A stretch of 64,000 nucleotides of DNA from Dehalococcoidia bacterium (lineage in GTDB: Bacteria; Chloroflexota; Dehalococcoidia; DSTF01; JACRBR01), in assembly GCA_041494685.1 (NCBI GenBank), contig JBGQBE010000004.1, positions 62,001 to 126,000 on the forward strand, given 5' to 3'. The position numbers and the translations under genes were made by a program. The notes beneath the pieces were generated by a model. It was not told the DNA's origin, searched no databases, and saw only the letters and a list, made by a program, of their open reading frames with translations. Positions 9,013-17,138 of the stretch are shown one piece after another. Numbering within the stretch: position 1 is the stretch's first letter; the number at the start of each line of letters is the position of its first letter.

Positions 9013-10713
9013 TCACATCCGCTCCGGGGCCGACATCCCCATCAGCGTCAGCGCCCGCGCCAGCGTCACCTTCGCCGCCTCGCACAGCCGCAACCGCGCC
9101 GCCGACAGCTCCGGTGTCACCTCTTCGCCCAGCACCCGACACTCCGTGTAGAAGGCGTGGAACGCCGTCGCCAGCTCCTGCGCGTAGTGCGGCAGGTGGT
9201 GCGGCTCGTGGTTCTTCGCCATCAGCCACACCAGCTCCGGCAGCTGCAGCATCTTCCGCACCAGCTCCAGCTCCGCCGGGTGCACCAGCAGCGACACCTC
9301 CGCGCCCGCCGCCGACACCCCGCGTTCCGCCGCGTTCGCCAGGATGCCGGCGATGCGCGCGTGCGCGTACTGCACGTAGTACACCGGGTTCTCCGACGAC
9401 TGCCGCTTCGCCAGCTCCAGGTCGAACTCCATCTGGCTGTCCGCCGACCGCGACAGGAAGAAGAATCGCGCCGCGTCCGCGCCCACCTCGTCCACGATGT
9501 CGCGGATCAGCACGATATTGCCGGCGCGCTTCGAGAGCCGCACCAGCTCCTCGCCGCGGCGGAAGCTCACGAGCTGGTAGATCAGGATGTCCAGCCGCGA
9601 CGAGTCGACGCCCAGCGCCTCCACCGCCGCCTTCATCCGCGATACGTGGCCCTGGTGGTCCGCGCCCCAGACGTCGATGACGCGCCCGAAGCCCCGCGTC
9701 ACGAACTTGTCGTAGTGGTACGCGATGTCCGACGCGAAGTACGTCGGCCGCCCTGTGCTGCGCACGACGACGTTGTCCTTGTCCTCGCCCAGCTCCGTGG
9801 ACGCGAACCACGTCGCCCCTTCCTTCTCGACCAGATACCCTTTCTCACGCAGCGTCCGCATCGCCGCGTCGTACGACGCCGCGCCCTCGTGCGCCGGCTT
9901 CCGCCCATCGCCTGCGGCCTCGTAGACCCAGCGCTCGCGGAACCACACATCGTACGTCACGTTGAGCTTGCCCAGGTCCTCCTGGATCTGCTCGACGATC
10001 AGGCCGATGCCTCGCAGCACCATCTCCACGGGGGGCGACTCCAGCGTCGCGTCCGCATAGTGGTCGTTCGACTCGTCGCGGATCTGCTTCGCGATATGGA
10101 TCATGTACTCGCCGGGGTACCCGTCCGCCGGGATCTCGACGTCGCGTCCCGCGAGCTGCAGATACCTCGCCACCAGCGTGCGCCCGAACACCTCCGTCTG
10201 TGTGCCCGCGTCGTTCACCAGGTACTCGCGCTCGACGTCGTATCCCGCCGCCGCCAGCACCGACGCCAGCACGCTGCCGATCGCCGCGCCGCGTCCGTTG
10301 CCCGCGGTGAGGGGTCCCGTTGGGTTCGCGCTCACGAACTCCACCTGCACGCGCTCGCCGTGCCCCAGATCGATGTTGCCGAACGCATCACCGGCCGACA
10401 CGATCGCGTCCACCTGCTGCGCCAGCCACGTCTCGGAGAGCCGGAAGTTGATGAACCCGGGCGGGGCCGCCTCTGCCGCCGTCACGGCGCCTGTCACCGG
10501 GATGCGCGCCGCCAGCGATTTCGCCAGGTCCAGGGGGTTCGCCCGCGCCGCCCGCGCGAGGCGCAACGGCAGATTCGTCGCGTAGTCGCCGTGCTCCCGC
10601 TTCGCGGGACGTTCGATCACGATCTCTGGCAGCGCGACTTGCGGCAGATCACCATCCGCCATCGCGGACTGCGCCGCCGCCTCGATCATCGCTGCCAGGT
10701 CGTCGCGGATCAT
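9013..10713 (-). CDS. argS: Arginine--tRNA ligase
   Basis: VEFVSANPTGPL, WGADHQGH, LSKRAGN, YVQYAHAR. Confidence 0.96.
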   Translation of the reverse strand: MIRDDLAAMIEAAAQSAMADGDLPQVALPEIVIERPAKREHGDYATNLPLRLARAARANPLDLAKSLAARIPVTGAVTAAEAAPPGFINFRLSETWLAQQVDAIVSAGDAFGNIDLGHGERVQVEFVSANPTGPLTAGNGRGAAIGSVLASVLAAAGYDVEREYLVNDAGTQTEVFGRTLVARYLQLAGRDVEIPADGYPGEYMIHIAKQIRDESNDHYADATLESPPVEMVLRGIGLIVEQIQEDLGKLNVTYDVWFRERWVYEAAGDGRKPAHEGAASYDAAMRTLREKGYLVEKEGATWFASTELGEDKDNVVVRSTGRPTYFASDIAYHYDKFVTRGFGRVIDVWGADHQGHVSRMKAAVEALGVDSSRLDILIYQLVSFRRGEELVRLSKRAGNIVLIRDIVDEVGADAARFFFLSRSADSQMEFDLELAKRQSSENPVYYVQYAHARIAGILANAAERGVSAAGAEVSLLVHPAELELVRKMLQLPELVWLMAKNHEPHHLPHYAQELATAFHAFYTECRVLGEEVTPELSAARLRLCEAAKVTLARALTLMGMSAPERM

Positions 10714-11213
10714 CCTCGGTCAAATGGAAATGCGCGCTGCCGGATCAGTCCAAGAACCTCTTCCACGGCCACGCGCGCTCGTTCAATAACGCCGGGAGGA
10801 TACCGCATGGACTGGCTGTGCGCGAGGAATTCGTCCTCGTCCAGCACCTGTGGCTCCTCGTCCGTGTACCACGCCACGTCCAGATCCAGGTCGACGCAGT
10901 GGAACTGCGCGCCGTCGAATTCAACTGGTGTGGCCACGTTCACGTAGAACCACGTGCGCCCGTCGCGGGCCATCCGCGCCACGTTGTACCAGCGGTCCGA
11001 CCACAGGTACACGTCGCCCGGCCAGATGATATTCAGCGGATCCGGGTCGTCCGCCGGCACCGGCGTCCGTGTCATCACGTCGCCTATGAAGTACCGGATG
11101 ATGTACAGCGGGCCCCGCCGCAGCACGAACCGGCCGGGAAAGCGCCGGTGGTACGACCCGTCGTACTTCGTCATGTGCAGCGGCGTCTCACGCCCGGCGA
11201 GTTCGGATGTCAC
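10710..11213 (-). CDS. DUF402 family protein
   Basis: WYNV...YVNVATP...VDLDLDV...LDEDEF...YP; 4-nt overlap with argS. Confidence 0.85.
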   Translation of the reverse strand: MTSELAGRETPLHMTKYDGSYHRRFPGRFVLRRGPLYIIRYFIGDVMTRTPVPADDPDPLNIIWPGDVYLWSDRWYNVARMARDGRTWFYVNVATPVEFDGAQFHCVDLDLDVAWYTDEEPQVLDEDEFLAHSQSMRYPPGVIERARVAVEEVLGLIRQRAFPFDRG

Positions 11214-11256
11214 GGCCCCATCCTACCCGCTGCCCCGCCGCGGCCCACGCAACAAA

Positions 11257-11282
11257 GAGAGGCCCGCGTGTGCGGGCCTCTC
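11257..11282 (-). terminator. Rho-independent terminator
   Basis: GAGAGGCCCGC-gtgt-GCGGGCCTCTC with a U-rich tail on the minus strand. Confidence 0.7.
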
Positions 11283-11285
11283 CGG

Positions 11286-11320
11286 ACTGTCTACTGTGAA
11301 CTATCTACTGTCTACTCCGA
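11286..11320. repeat. Heptamer tandem repeat (ACTGTCT)x5
   Basis: actgtct actgtga actatct actgtct actccga. Confidence 0.8.
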
Positions 11321-11324
11321 AGTC

Positions 11325-12575
11325 CTACTGCCCCACCGTCCCCGTCGCTGCGCCGGCCCGCTTCGCGGCGGCCTGCTGCTTCGCCCAGAGATCGTTGTTC
11401 AGGTATGCGAAGATCCCGTCCGGGTTCTCCTGGTTCGGCGCCACCCAGACGTGCATCATCCAGCGCAGATCGGCGGTGTAGCTGCCGCCCTTGGCCGTGC
11501 AGCTCTCCTTCGTCTCACCCTCGCTCGCGCCGGCAAAGCCCACCAGGCACAGCCCCGTGTGCGCGTGCCAGAGGTCCAGGTTCGACGCGAAGCCCGCCGG
11601 TTCCTTGTCCCGCGTAACGCCGTTGATGCCCGGCAGCAGCAGGAACCAGACACCTACCAGCTGCTCTTCGCCATTCGGTCCGAGCTTGCTGAACAGCAGC
11701 CCCTGCGGATGCGCCGGGTCGAACACGCCCTTCTTGACCAGGTCGTAGTTCAGGTAGTGTTCGCCCATGAACGGCACGTCGCTCGTCGTGTTGACGTAGC
11801 CCGCCGCCTTCGCCGCTTCAACGGTCGGGAACTGCAGCGCTACCTGGTGCACCTGCTCGATCTGCTGCTTCAGCAGCGGCAGGTCGGCCGCGCTCACCGT
11901 ATTCGCCGGGAACAGCGGCAGCACCTGGTCCGCGCTCAGCGTCTCAAGCTGGACGAAGGTCGGCTGCTTGCCGTGGTCGTGCTGGTGCCCGTTGGCCTCG
12001 CCGTTCGAACCCTGCGTCAGCGCGCCGGGCACGGTCGCCGGGTCCGGCTGGTCGGTGCTGATGATCCCCTGCTGCGTCAGCGCCTGCGCCACGCCGCCCG
12101 CGTCCGCCGCGCCTGCGTCCGTCGTGTGGACGTGTGCGCCCGCGACGTCGTTCGCGCTGGTGCCGTGCCCGAGCGTCGCTCCAGACGCCGCCAGGTACGT
12201 CACCGAGGCCACGCCCAGCGTCGCCAGCACCACCCACGCCGCTGTCACCGGCACGAAGCGGCGAACCGCTCCCTCGGGCGTCGTCACGCCGCGCAGCGCC
12301 GCGACGCTCAGCCCCGCCAACGATGCGAGCGATGTGATCGCCAGGCCGATAGCGGCGATCACGTGCCCGGGGTTGCCCAGGCTCACCAGGGACTCTTCCC
12401 CGGCGCCGTGATTGTGCCGGTACCCGTCGATCGCCAGCCCCGCGAACACCACGATCATGCCCGCGACCGAGGCCGCGAACCACGTCGTCGTCTCGCGCAG
12501 CCACGCCGCGCTCAACGATCGCGCCGGACGTGCAGCGACACGTTCCGCCTCGCCGAATCGATCCATGCTGGCCAT
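11325..12575 (-). CDS. Membrane-anchored hypothetical protein with a His/Met-rich C-terminal domain
   Basis: Three N-terminal TM helices; HQHDHG, MGEHY, WHAH, WMMHVW...NPDGIF motifs. Confidence 0.7.
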   Translation of the reverse strand: MASMDRFGEAERVAARPARSLSAAWLRETTTWFAASVAGMIVVFAGLAIDGYRHNHGAGEESLVSLGNPGHVIAAIGLAITSLASLAGLSVAALRGVTTPEGAVRRFVPVTAAWVVLATLGVASVTYLAASGATLGHGTSANDVAGAHVHTTDAGAADAGGVAQALTQQGIISTDQPDPATVPGALTQGSNGEANGHQHDHGKQPTFVQLETLSADQVLPLFPANTVSAADLPLLKQQIEQVHQVALQFPTVEAAKAAGYVNTTSDVPFMGEHYLNYDLVKKGVFDPAHPQGLLFSKLGPNGEEQLVGVWFLLLPGINGVTRDKEPAGFASNLDLWHAHTGLCLVGFAGASEGETKESCTAKGGSYTADLRWMMHVWVAPNQENPDGIFAYLNNDLWAKQQAAAKRAGAATGTVGQ

Positions 12576-12623
12576 GCCCGTTCCTTCCCCGCCCCCACAG
12601 TGCCCGGCGGACGCATCTTCCGC

Positions 12624-13244
12624 CTATTGCGCCGGCGGCTTCAGGTACGCCGTCACCATGTCGATGCACGCCGTCCTGTACTTCTCCGCGTCCGATCCGT
12701 CAGACAGTACCAGCGCCTGGTACACCGCGATCGATACCGATCCCGTCACGAGCTTCGCCATGATGCCGGCGTCGCCCTGCCGTACGAGGTCGGACTCCAT
12801 CGCCTGCTCAAGCCGCTGCACGATCGGCGCGGCCCGCAACTCGTCCGCACGGCGCAACTGCTGCGCCGCCGCGCTCTCCGCGTCCGTGTTCAGCACCACC
12901 AGCCGCACCAGGTCGCGGTTCGCCGCGCACACCTGGAATACGTTGCTGACGCCCAGGTGCACCACGTCTTCCAGCGTCGTCGCCCCGTCCGTGCCGCTCA
13001 TCGCTTCCGTGATCAGGTCGCGTAACTGCTGCGTGAGCGCCGCAAAGACTTCTTCCTTCGAAGGGAAGTACAGGTAGATCGTGCCCAGCGCGATACCCGC
13101 TTCCTCCGCGACGTCCGCCATCGTCGTGCCGCGAAAGCCGCGCGCCGCAAAGACGCGCCGCGCCGCCGCCAGGAGTTCCTCGCGTCGCTGCGCCTTCGCC
13201 GCCTCCGCCCGCTGGGTCCGTTCGAGTACCGTCGTCGCCGCCAC
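12624..13244 (-). CDS. TetR/AcrR family regulator
   Basis: GFRGTTMADVAEEAGIALGTIYLYFPSKEE. Confidence 0.93.
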   Translation of the reverse strand: MAATTVLERTQRAEAAKAQRREELLAAARRVFAARGFRGTTMADVAEEAGIALGTIYLYFPSKEEVFAALTQQLRDLITEAMSGTDGATTLEDVVHLGVSNVFQVCAANRDLVRLVVLNTDAESAAAQQLRRADELRAAPIVQRLEQAMESDLVRQGDAGIMAKLVTGSVSIAVYQALVLSDGSDAEKYRTACIDMVTAYLKPPAQ

Positions 13245-13255
13245 GTCACCTCCGC

Positions 13256-13297
13256 TGAACAGGGTTCATTCTCGTCTGCGGGCCGCCGGGCTGTCAA
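13256..13297 (-). promoter_or_regulatory. tetR promoter and probable operator
   Basis: TTGACA-N18-GAGAAT on the minus strand; palindrome TGAAC-agg-GTTCA (13256-13268) at the predicted start site. Confidence 0.45.
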
Positions 13298-13343
13298 CGG
13301 AGGCCGCCGTGAGTATCGCGGACGCGCGGATGAAGGGCGAACG

Positions 13344-13367
13344 AAAAGACCGCCCGGTGGGCGGTCT
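13344..13367 (-). terminator. Terminator after csrA
   Basis: AGACCGCCC-ggt-GGGCGGTCT with a U-tail on the minus strand. Confidence 0.7.
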
Positions 13368-13396
13368 CGACTGTCAATTACGTGTGCTCCCGGGTC

Positions 13397-13615
13397 TCAA
13401 GCCGACGCGGCCGACGGCGGCTGTCCGGTCCGGTCCTTCTTCTCGAAGGGCTGGTTCTCCTCGCCCTCGTGCCACAGCTCCTGCCGCAGCACGGTCACCT
13501 CGCCCGGCGCGCTGATTCCGATCTTCACCCGGTCGCGCTCGACTCCGAGCACGCGCACGAGGATGTTCCCCGAGATCACGATTCCCTGGTCGACTTTGCG
13601 TGTCAGAATGAGCAT
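13397..13615 (-). CDS. csrA: Carbon storage regulator CsrA
   Basis: MLILTRKVDQGIVISGNILVRVLGVERDRVKIGISAPGEVTVLRQEL; true start is ATG 13615. Confidence 0.92.
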   Translation of the reverse strand: MLILTRKVDQGIVISGNILVRVLGVERDRVKIGISAPGEVTVLRQELWHEGEENQPFEKKDRTGQPPSAASA

Positions 13616-13696
13616 CGCCTTGCGTCTCCTTGCATGTGCGAGCCGGCCGTCTGGCGGCAATGCTGCGCAATCCCGCGCGGTCGCTTCGCCACTCAT

Positions 13697-13723
13697 ATAT
13701 CGGCACACCACGGCGGTGCTTGC
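13697..13723 (-). promoter_or_regulatory. sigma28 (FliA/SigD)-type promoter of csrA
   Basis: Minus strand GCAAG-N14-GCCGATAT. Confidence 0.55.
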
Positions 13724-13871
13724 TGGCAAACGGACCCCGCCGCCGAGAGAGGGGGGGCCGCACCCAGAGTCGGCCGGGTGCTCCAGCTTCGACGGTGCGT
13801 GCGAGACGGAGGGGGCTGTGCGGCGCGGCGCGGATCGCGCCTCCGATACCTTCATCGCCCGGGGCTGGAGA

Positions 13872-13924
13872 TGGTGGGCCCGGCAGGGATCGAACCTGCG
13901 CGCCTCCGGTTATGAGCCGGGTGC
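13872..13924 (-). repeat. att-like direct repeat: copy of the 3' 53 nt of tRNA-Ile2
   Basis: Matches 15835-15887 with 2 mismatches; similarity continues about 10 nt past the CCA end. Confidence 0.9.
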
Positions 13925-15253
13925 GGTCGCCTTCGAGTGGGCGGCATCAGGTTCGAAGGCGCCTTCGAACCTACGGAGAGTGCGAACCGCGGCAAGCAGC
14001 AGATCCAGCTTCATCTGCTCCGCTAGAAGTTCATCGTCAGTGTGTGTCGTGGCGAGCAACCCGGGTACACGCAGCGAGTCCCGGAGTTGAACTGCGAGGT
14101 GAGCTGACGCGATAGTCACGGCTGGTAAGCTCCCGAAGCTACGAATCCGGCCCATGAACAGGATGAAGATTGCATCGTCGGCGCGAGTAGTTGCCTCCGC
14201 GACGCATTCTAGCTCCCCTTCTATCTCCAACTCCAGTTGCTTCGCCTCCTCCAGGGTTGCGAGGTCTCGGCTTGGAGGCTTGCCAATGAGACGAAGCGTG
14301 CGATCGAAGATACGTTCTATGGTGTCGGCCACCCGCGGCGTGGCCGGAATGACGAGCGACTGCGAGGAATTACGACGCACTGCGCGAACTGCGCCTAGCC
14401 CGAACGCCAACTCGCGCAGATACATGATGCGGCTCTGCGCCGAGGGATGAGTCTTCCGATCGTGAGGGTAGATTCCTAGGCGCTCCATGACCCGAAGTAG
14501 TTGGAATCCGAATTCAGCGCCGGCATAGGCGAGCTGCTCCGAGTCGCTTCCTCGATCAAATGGCATGGTGGCCAAGGTGAGCTTCAAGCCAAAGCCATCC
14601 GCGAGGTGTTCCTCGCGACGATTCACTCTCTTGCTTGGAGGAGCCGGCAGGTCCTCTCCGGCCATATCGCGACCAACGAGACGACACCACACATGACCAA
14701 GTTCGTGAGCAAGAAAGAATAGGTCGCCGAAGCGGGAGAGGGCAAGCGCTAGTTCAAGCTGCTGAGGCGATGCGGGCTGTTCTGGTAGTAACGGAGGAAT
14801 GGCCTTGGCCACGCTGTACCACCAAGCAAGTTCCGCGATGAGACTGGCAGCGTCTTCGAACTGTACAGAGCCTTCGCCCTTCGCATCGCGCTCCGGGAGC
14901 GCAACCGCTAACGCCCGGGCAGCGGCATATATGAAATGCGTGAATCCCAGGTCCACCGTGATGACAAATGATCCCCGCGTCGTCGTGCAGGCCCTGAGGT
15001 AGGACGAAGCGAGCGTCCCAGCCGCGAGGTCCCCGTCCTCGTTGAGCTGTCGGAGTTGTTCAGGGCCGACGGAAAGGAGGCGACCTAGGTTCCCTTCGGC
15101 CGGGTCGGGCATTGGTTCGCTAGCGAAGAGCCGCGCGAGAACGGCCGGATCGACGCCATGATGCCGTGCGAGCTCAGCGATAGCCGACGTCATCTTGCCT
15201 CTCGGAAGAGGATAGAGTTGCTGAAGGGCACGCAACTCGTCGCGCGCGCTCAT
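13910..15253 (-). CDS. HEXXH zinc metallopeptidase (Lit/U49- or M48-like)
   Basis: FFLAHELGH...EEHLADGFG...THPSAQSRI; TGATG coupling to the upstream gene. Confidence 0.75.
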   Translation of the reverse strand: MSARDELRALQQLYPLPRGKMTSAIAELARHHGVDPAVLARLFASEPMPDPAEGNLGRLLSVGPEQLRQLNEDGDLAAGTLASSYLRACTTTRGSFVITVDLGFTHFIYAAARALAVALPERDAKGEGSVQFEDAASLIAELAWWYSVAKAIPPLLPEQPASPQQLELALALSRFGDLFFLAHELGHVWCRLVGRDMAGEDLPAPPSKRVNRREEHLADGFGLKLTLATMPFDRGSDSEQLAYAGAEFGFQLLRVMERLGIYPHDRKTHPSAQSRIMYLRELAFGLGAVRAVRRNSSQSLVIPATPRVADTIERIFDRTLRLIGKPPSRDLATLEEAKQLELEIEGELECVAEATTRADDAIFILFMGRIRSFGSLPAVTIASAHLAVQLRDSLRVPGLLATTHTDDELLAEQMKLDLLLAAVRTLRRFEGAFEPDAAHSKATAPGS

Positions 15254-15582
15254 CAATGAGCGCTTGGGTGGCGGCGGATCGTTATCTTGATACCGGCCTC
15301 AGCACCTGCCTCAAGCTTGCCGATCAATGCCACCCCGCCGGAGGCATTTACCGTGAGCGCCAATTCGATCTCGTCAATTCCGAATGAACCTTGCACGGGT
15401 TCCACGATCTGCGAGAACTCGCTAAGGAAGGCTTCGATCTGTCCGCGCAACTCCCCCGCGTCAAGCTCAGTCAGTACGAGCGCAGCCTTTGCTAGTTCGG
15501 CCTGGCCTCGTCCGAAACCCGGAATCGCGTCCTTAGTCAGGTCGCCTTCGTCATCTATCGCCCAGATCTGAAGCTTGCCCAT
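15253..15582 (-). CDS. Pepco/Trypco-like (peptidase co-occurring) small protein
   Basis: LRGQIEAFLSEFSQIV...FGIDEIELALTVNASGGVALIGKLEAGAEAGIKITIRR; GGGGAG RBS then ATG 15582. Confidence 0.7.
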   Translation of the reverse strand: MGKLQIWAIDDEGDLTKDAIPGFGRGQAELAKAALVLTELDAGELRGQIEAFLSEFSQIVEPVQGSFGIDEIELALTVNASGGVALIGKLEAGAEAGIKITIRRHPSAH

Positions 15583-15834
15583 CTTAGTTCTCTCCCCCGA
15601 TGCGCTAGTTACGACGTATCGCGGATGCTGCCTTCGCCTCAGGTCTAACAGCCCAGTCGGGCAACGGTTCGAGAAGCACATGATGCGCTATAGAGGCATC
15701 GCCGTCAACGCTGGCGACGGTAATCATTTGCGGCTCGGCACGCCCAATTGCACCGTAGTTCGTGGCGCGGTATCTACGATTGTAAGCACTCGCTCTGGCG
15801 ATTACTCGGCAGGCCGTTTGGCTCGGCTGGCAGA

Positions 15835-15909
15835 TGGTGGGCCCGGCAGGATTCGAACCTGCGCGCCTCCGGTTATGAGCCGGGTGCTCTGCCGCTGAGC
15901 TACGGGCCC
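15835..15909 (-). tRNA. tRNA-Ile2 (CAT, lysidine-modified type)
   Basis: GGGCCCGTAGCTCAGCGGCAGAGCACCCGGCTCATAACCGGAGGCGCGCAGGTTCGAATCCTGCCGGGCCCACCA; CGG-CTCATAA-CCG anticodon arm typical of Ile2; paired 1-72, so not fMet. Confidence 0.88.
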
Positions 15910-16046
15910 TCAGCGCCAGGACGGATCATACCGCTCCCGGCCGCTGATCGCTCCTCACGGCCTTCCCCTGGACAACGAACGAGCGGGGCTCCTACCCCGC
16001 TCGACCTAGTCTTTGTCCATGGTACTGACGTGTCAGTACAGCGAGC

Positions 16047-17138
16047 TTACGAGCCCCGCCGGGCCACCAGCCTCAGCGCGGGCGCCTCGCCCGTCTCCAC
16101 CCGGTGCCCGCCGCCCTCGATCAGCTGCAACGCCGGCCGACGCGACTCGACGAGCGGGCTGGAAACGGGCAACGCCACCATCTCGCCGCCCCGCGACATC
16201 GATGCGCGGGCCACCTCCCAGACCAGCACGGCCGCCGCGATCTCGCGCGCGTTCGTCTGTTCCGCACCGCCCGAGCGCACCGCCGCCGCGAACAGCGCCG
16301 CCGCCCGCGCCATGCGGTCGCCCGTGTCGCCCAGCGGGTGTTCGCTCACGGTCTCGGCCCACTGGCCGCCGCGCGCCGGCCCCCGGTGCGCCGCAGTCGC
16401 CTGGATCTGCAACGGCGCCCGCGCGTCCATCGCGTCGAGCACCACGGTCCGCCCGTCGCACGCGACCACGATCTCCTGCCGCGGCGACGGCTCCACCAGG
16501 CTCACGTCCACCCGTGCCACCGGCCCGCCGTCGAACGCCAGCGTCACCATCGCCACGTCCGCGGCACCCGTCTCGTCGTCGACCCGCGGAGCGACCGCGC
16601 TCACCGCCGCGGGCAGCCCGCCCGCGATCGACAGCACCGCCGCAACGTCGCCGATCGCCAGTTCGTCGAGCGTGCCGCGCGTCTGCGTGCCGGTGCGCAA
16701 CGCGCGTATGTAGCGCGGACGCCACAGCGCCTGCGCGCCGGTCGTCATCTTCCGCACGAACGCCAGCCGCTCGTCCGCCAGGCTGCCCGTGTCGAACAGG
16801 ATGGCCCGGCCACGCCGGCTCGCCAGTTCGTCCAACGCCAGCAGTTGCTTCGAAGTCAGCGCCACCGGCCCCGCCACCAGCACGTGGCGGCGCGACATCA
16901 CCGCGCGCTTGACCGCGCCCGCCAGGTCCGCCACCGGCGCCGTAAACGCGACCGCGTCCACGCCCCCGCGCGACAGCCCCTCCAGCAGGTCGTCATCGGT
17001 CGCCCCGCTCAGCCGCTCGACGCCAACCGCCTCGACGCCGCGCAACGCGCGCGCCCAGGCGTCGGACTCGGCACCCGTGCCCACGACCATGACGGTGATC
17101 GACGTGTCCGTTGGCGTCGGTGCGCGCATCGTCATCAC
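16047..17138 (-). CDS. Degenerate Gfo/Idh/MocA-fold protein
   Basis: Rossmann start VMVVGTG; HVLVAGPVA in place of HVLxEKP; typical C-terminal beta domain; GTGA overlap with fliA. Confidence 0.7.
   Translation of the reverse strand: MMTMRAPTPTDTSITVMVVGTGAESDAWARALRGVEAVGVERLSGATDDDLLEGLSRGGVDAVAFTAPVADLAGAVKRAVMSRRHVLVAGPVALTSKQLLALDELASRRGRAILFDTGSLADERLAFVRKMTTGAQALWRPRYIRALRTGTQTRGTLDELAIGDVAAVLSIAGGLPAAVSAVAPRVDDETGAADVAMVTLAFDGGPVARVDVSLVEPSPRQEIVVACDGRTVVLDAMDARAPLQIQATAAHRGPARGGQWAETVSEHPLGDTGDRMARAAALFAAAVRSGGAEQTNAREIAAAVLVWEVARASMSRGGEMVALPVSSPLVESRRPALQLIEGGGHRVETGEAPALRLVARRGS

Larger units (their letters stand above)
13872..15909. mobile_element. tRNA-Ile2-anchored genomic islet (no integrase)
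   Basis: Bounded by the tRNA and its 3' duplicate; visibly lower GC and atypical codon usage; two cargo genes. Confidence 0.8.

Noticed and set aside
13872..13924. Second tRNA gene
   Set aside because: Lacks the 5' acceptor strand and most of the D-arm; it is an att-type partial duplicate.
15835..15909. tRNA-Met or fMet
   Set aside because: CAT anticodon, but the paired G1-C72, no GGG/CCC fMet anticodon stem and the CGG-CTCATAA-CCG arm fit Ile2 better; not fully certain without a covariance model.
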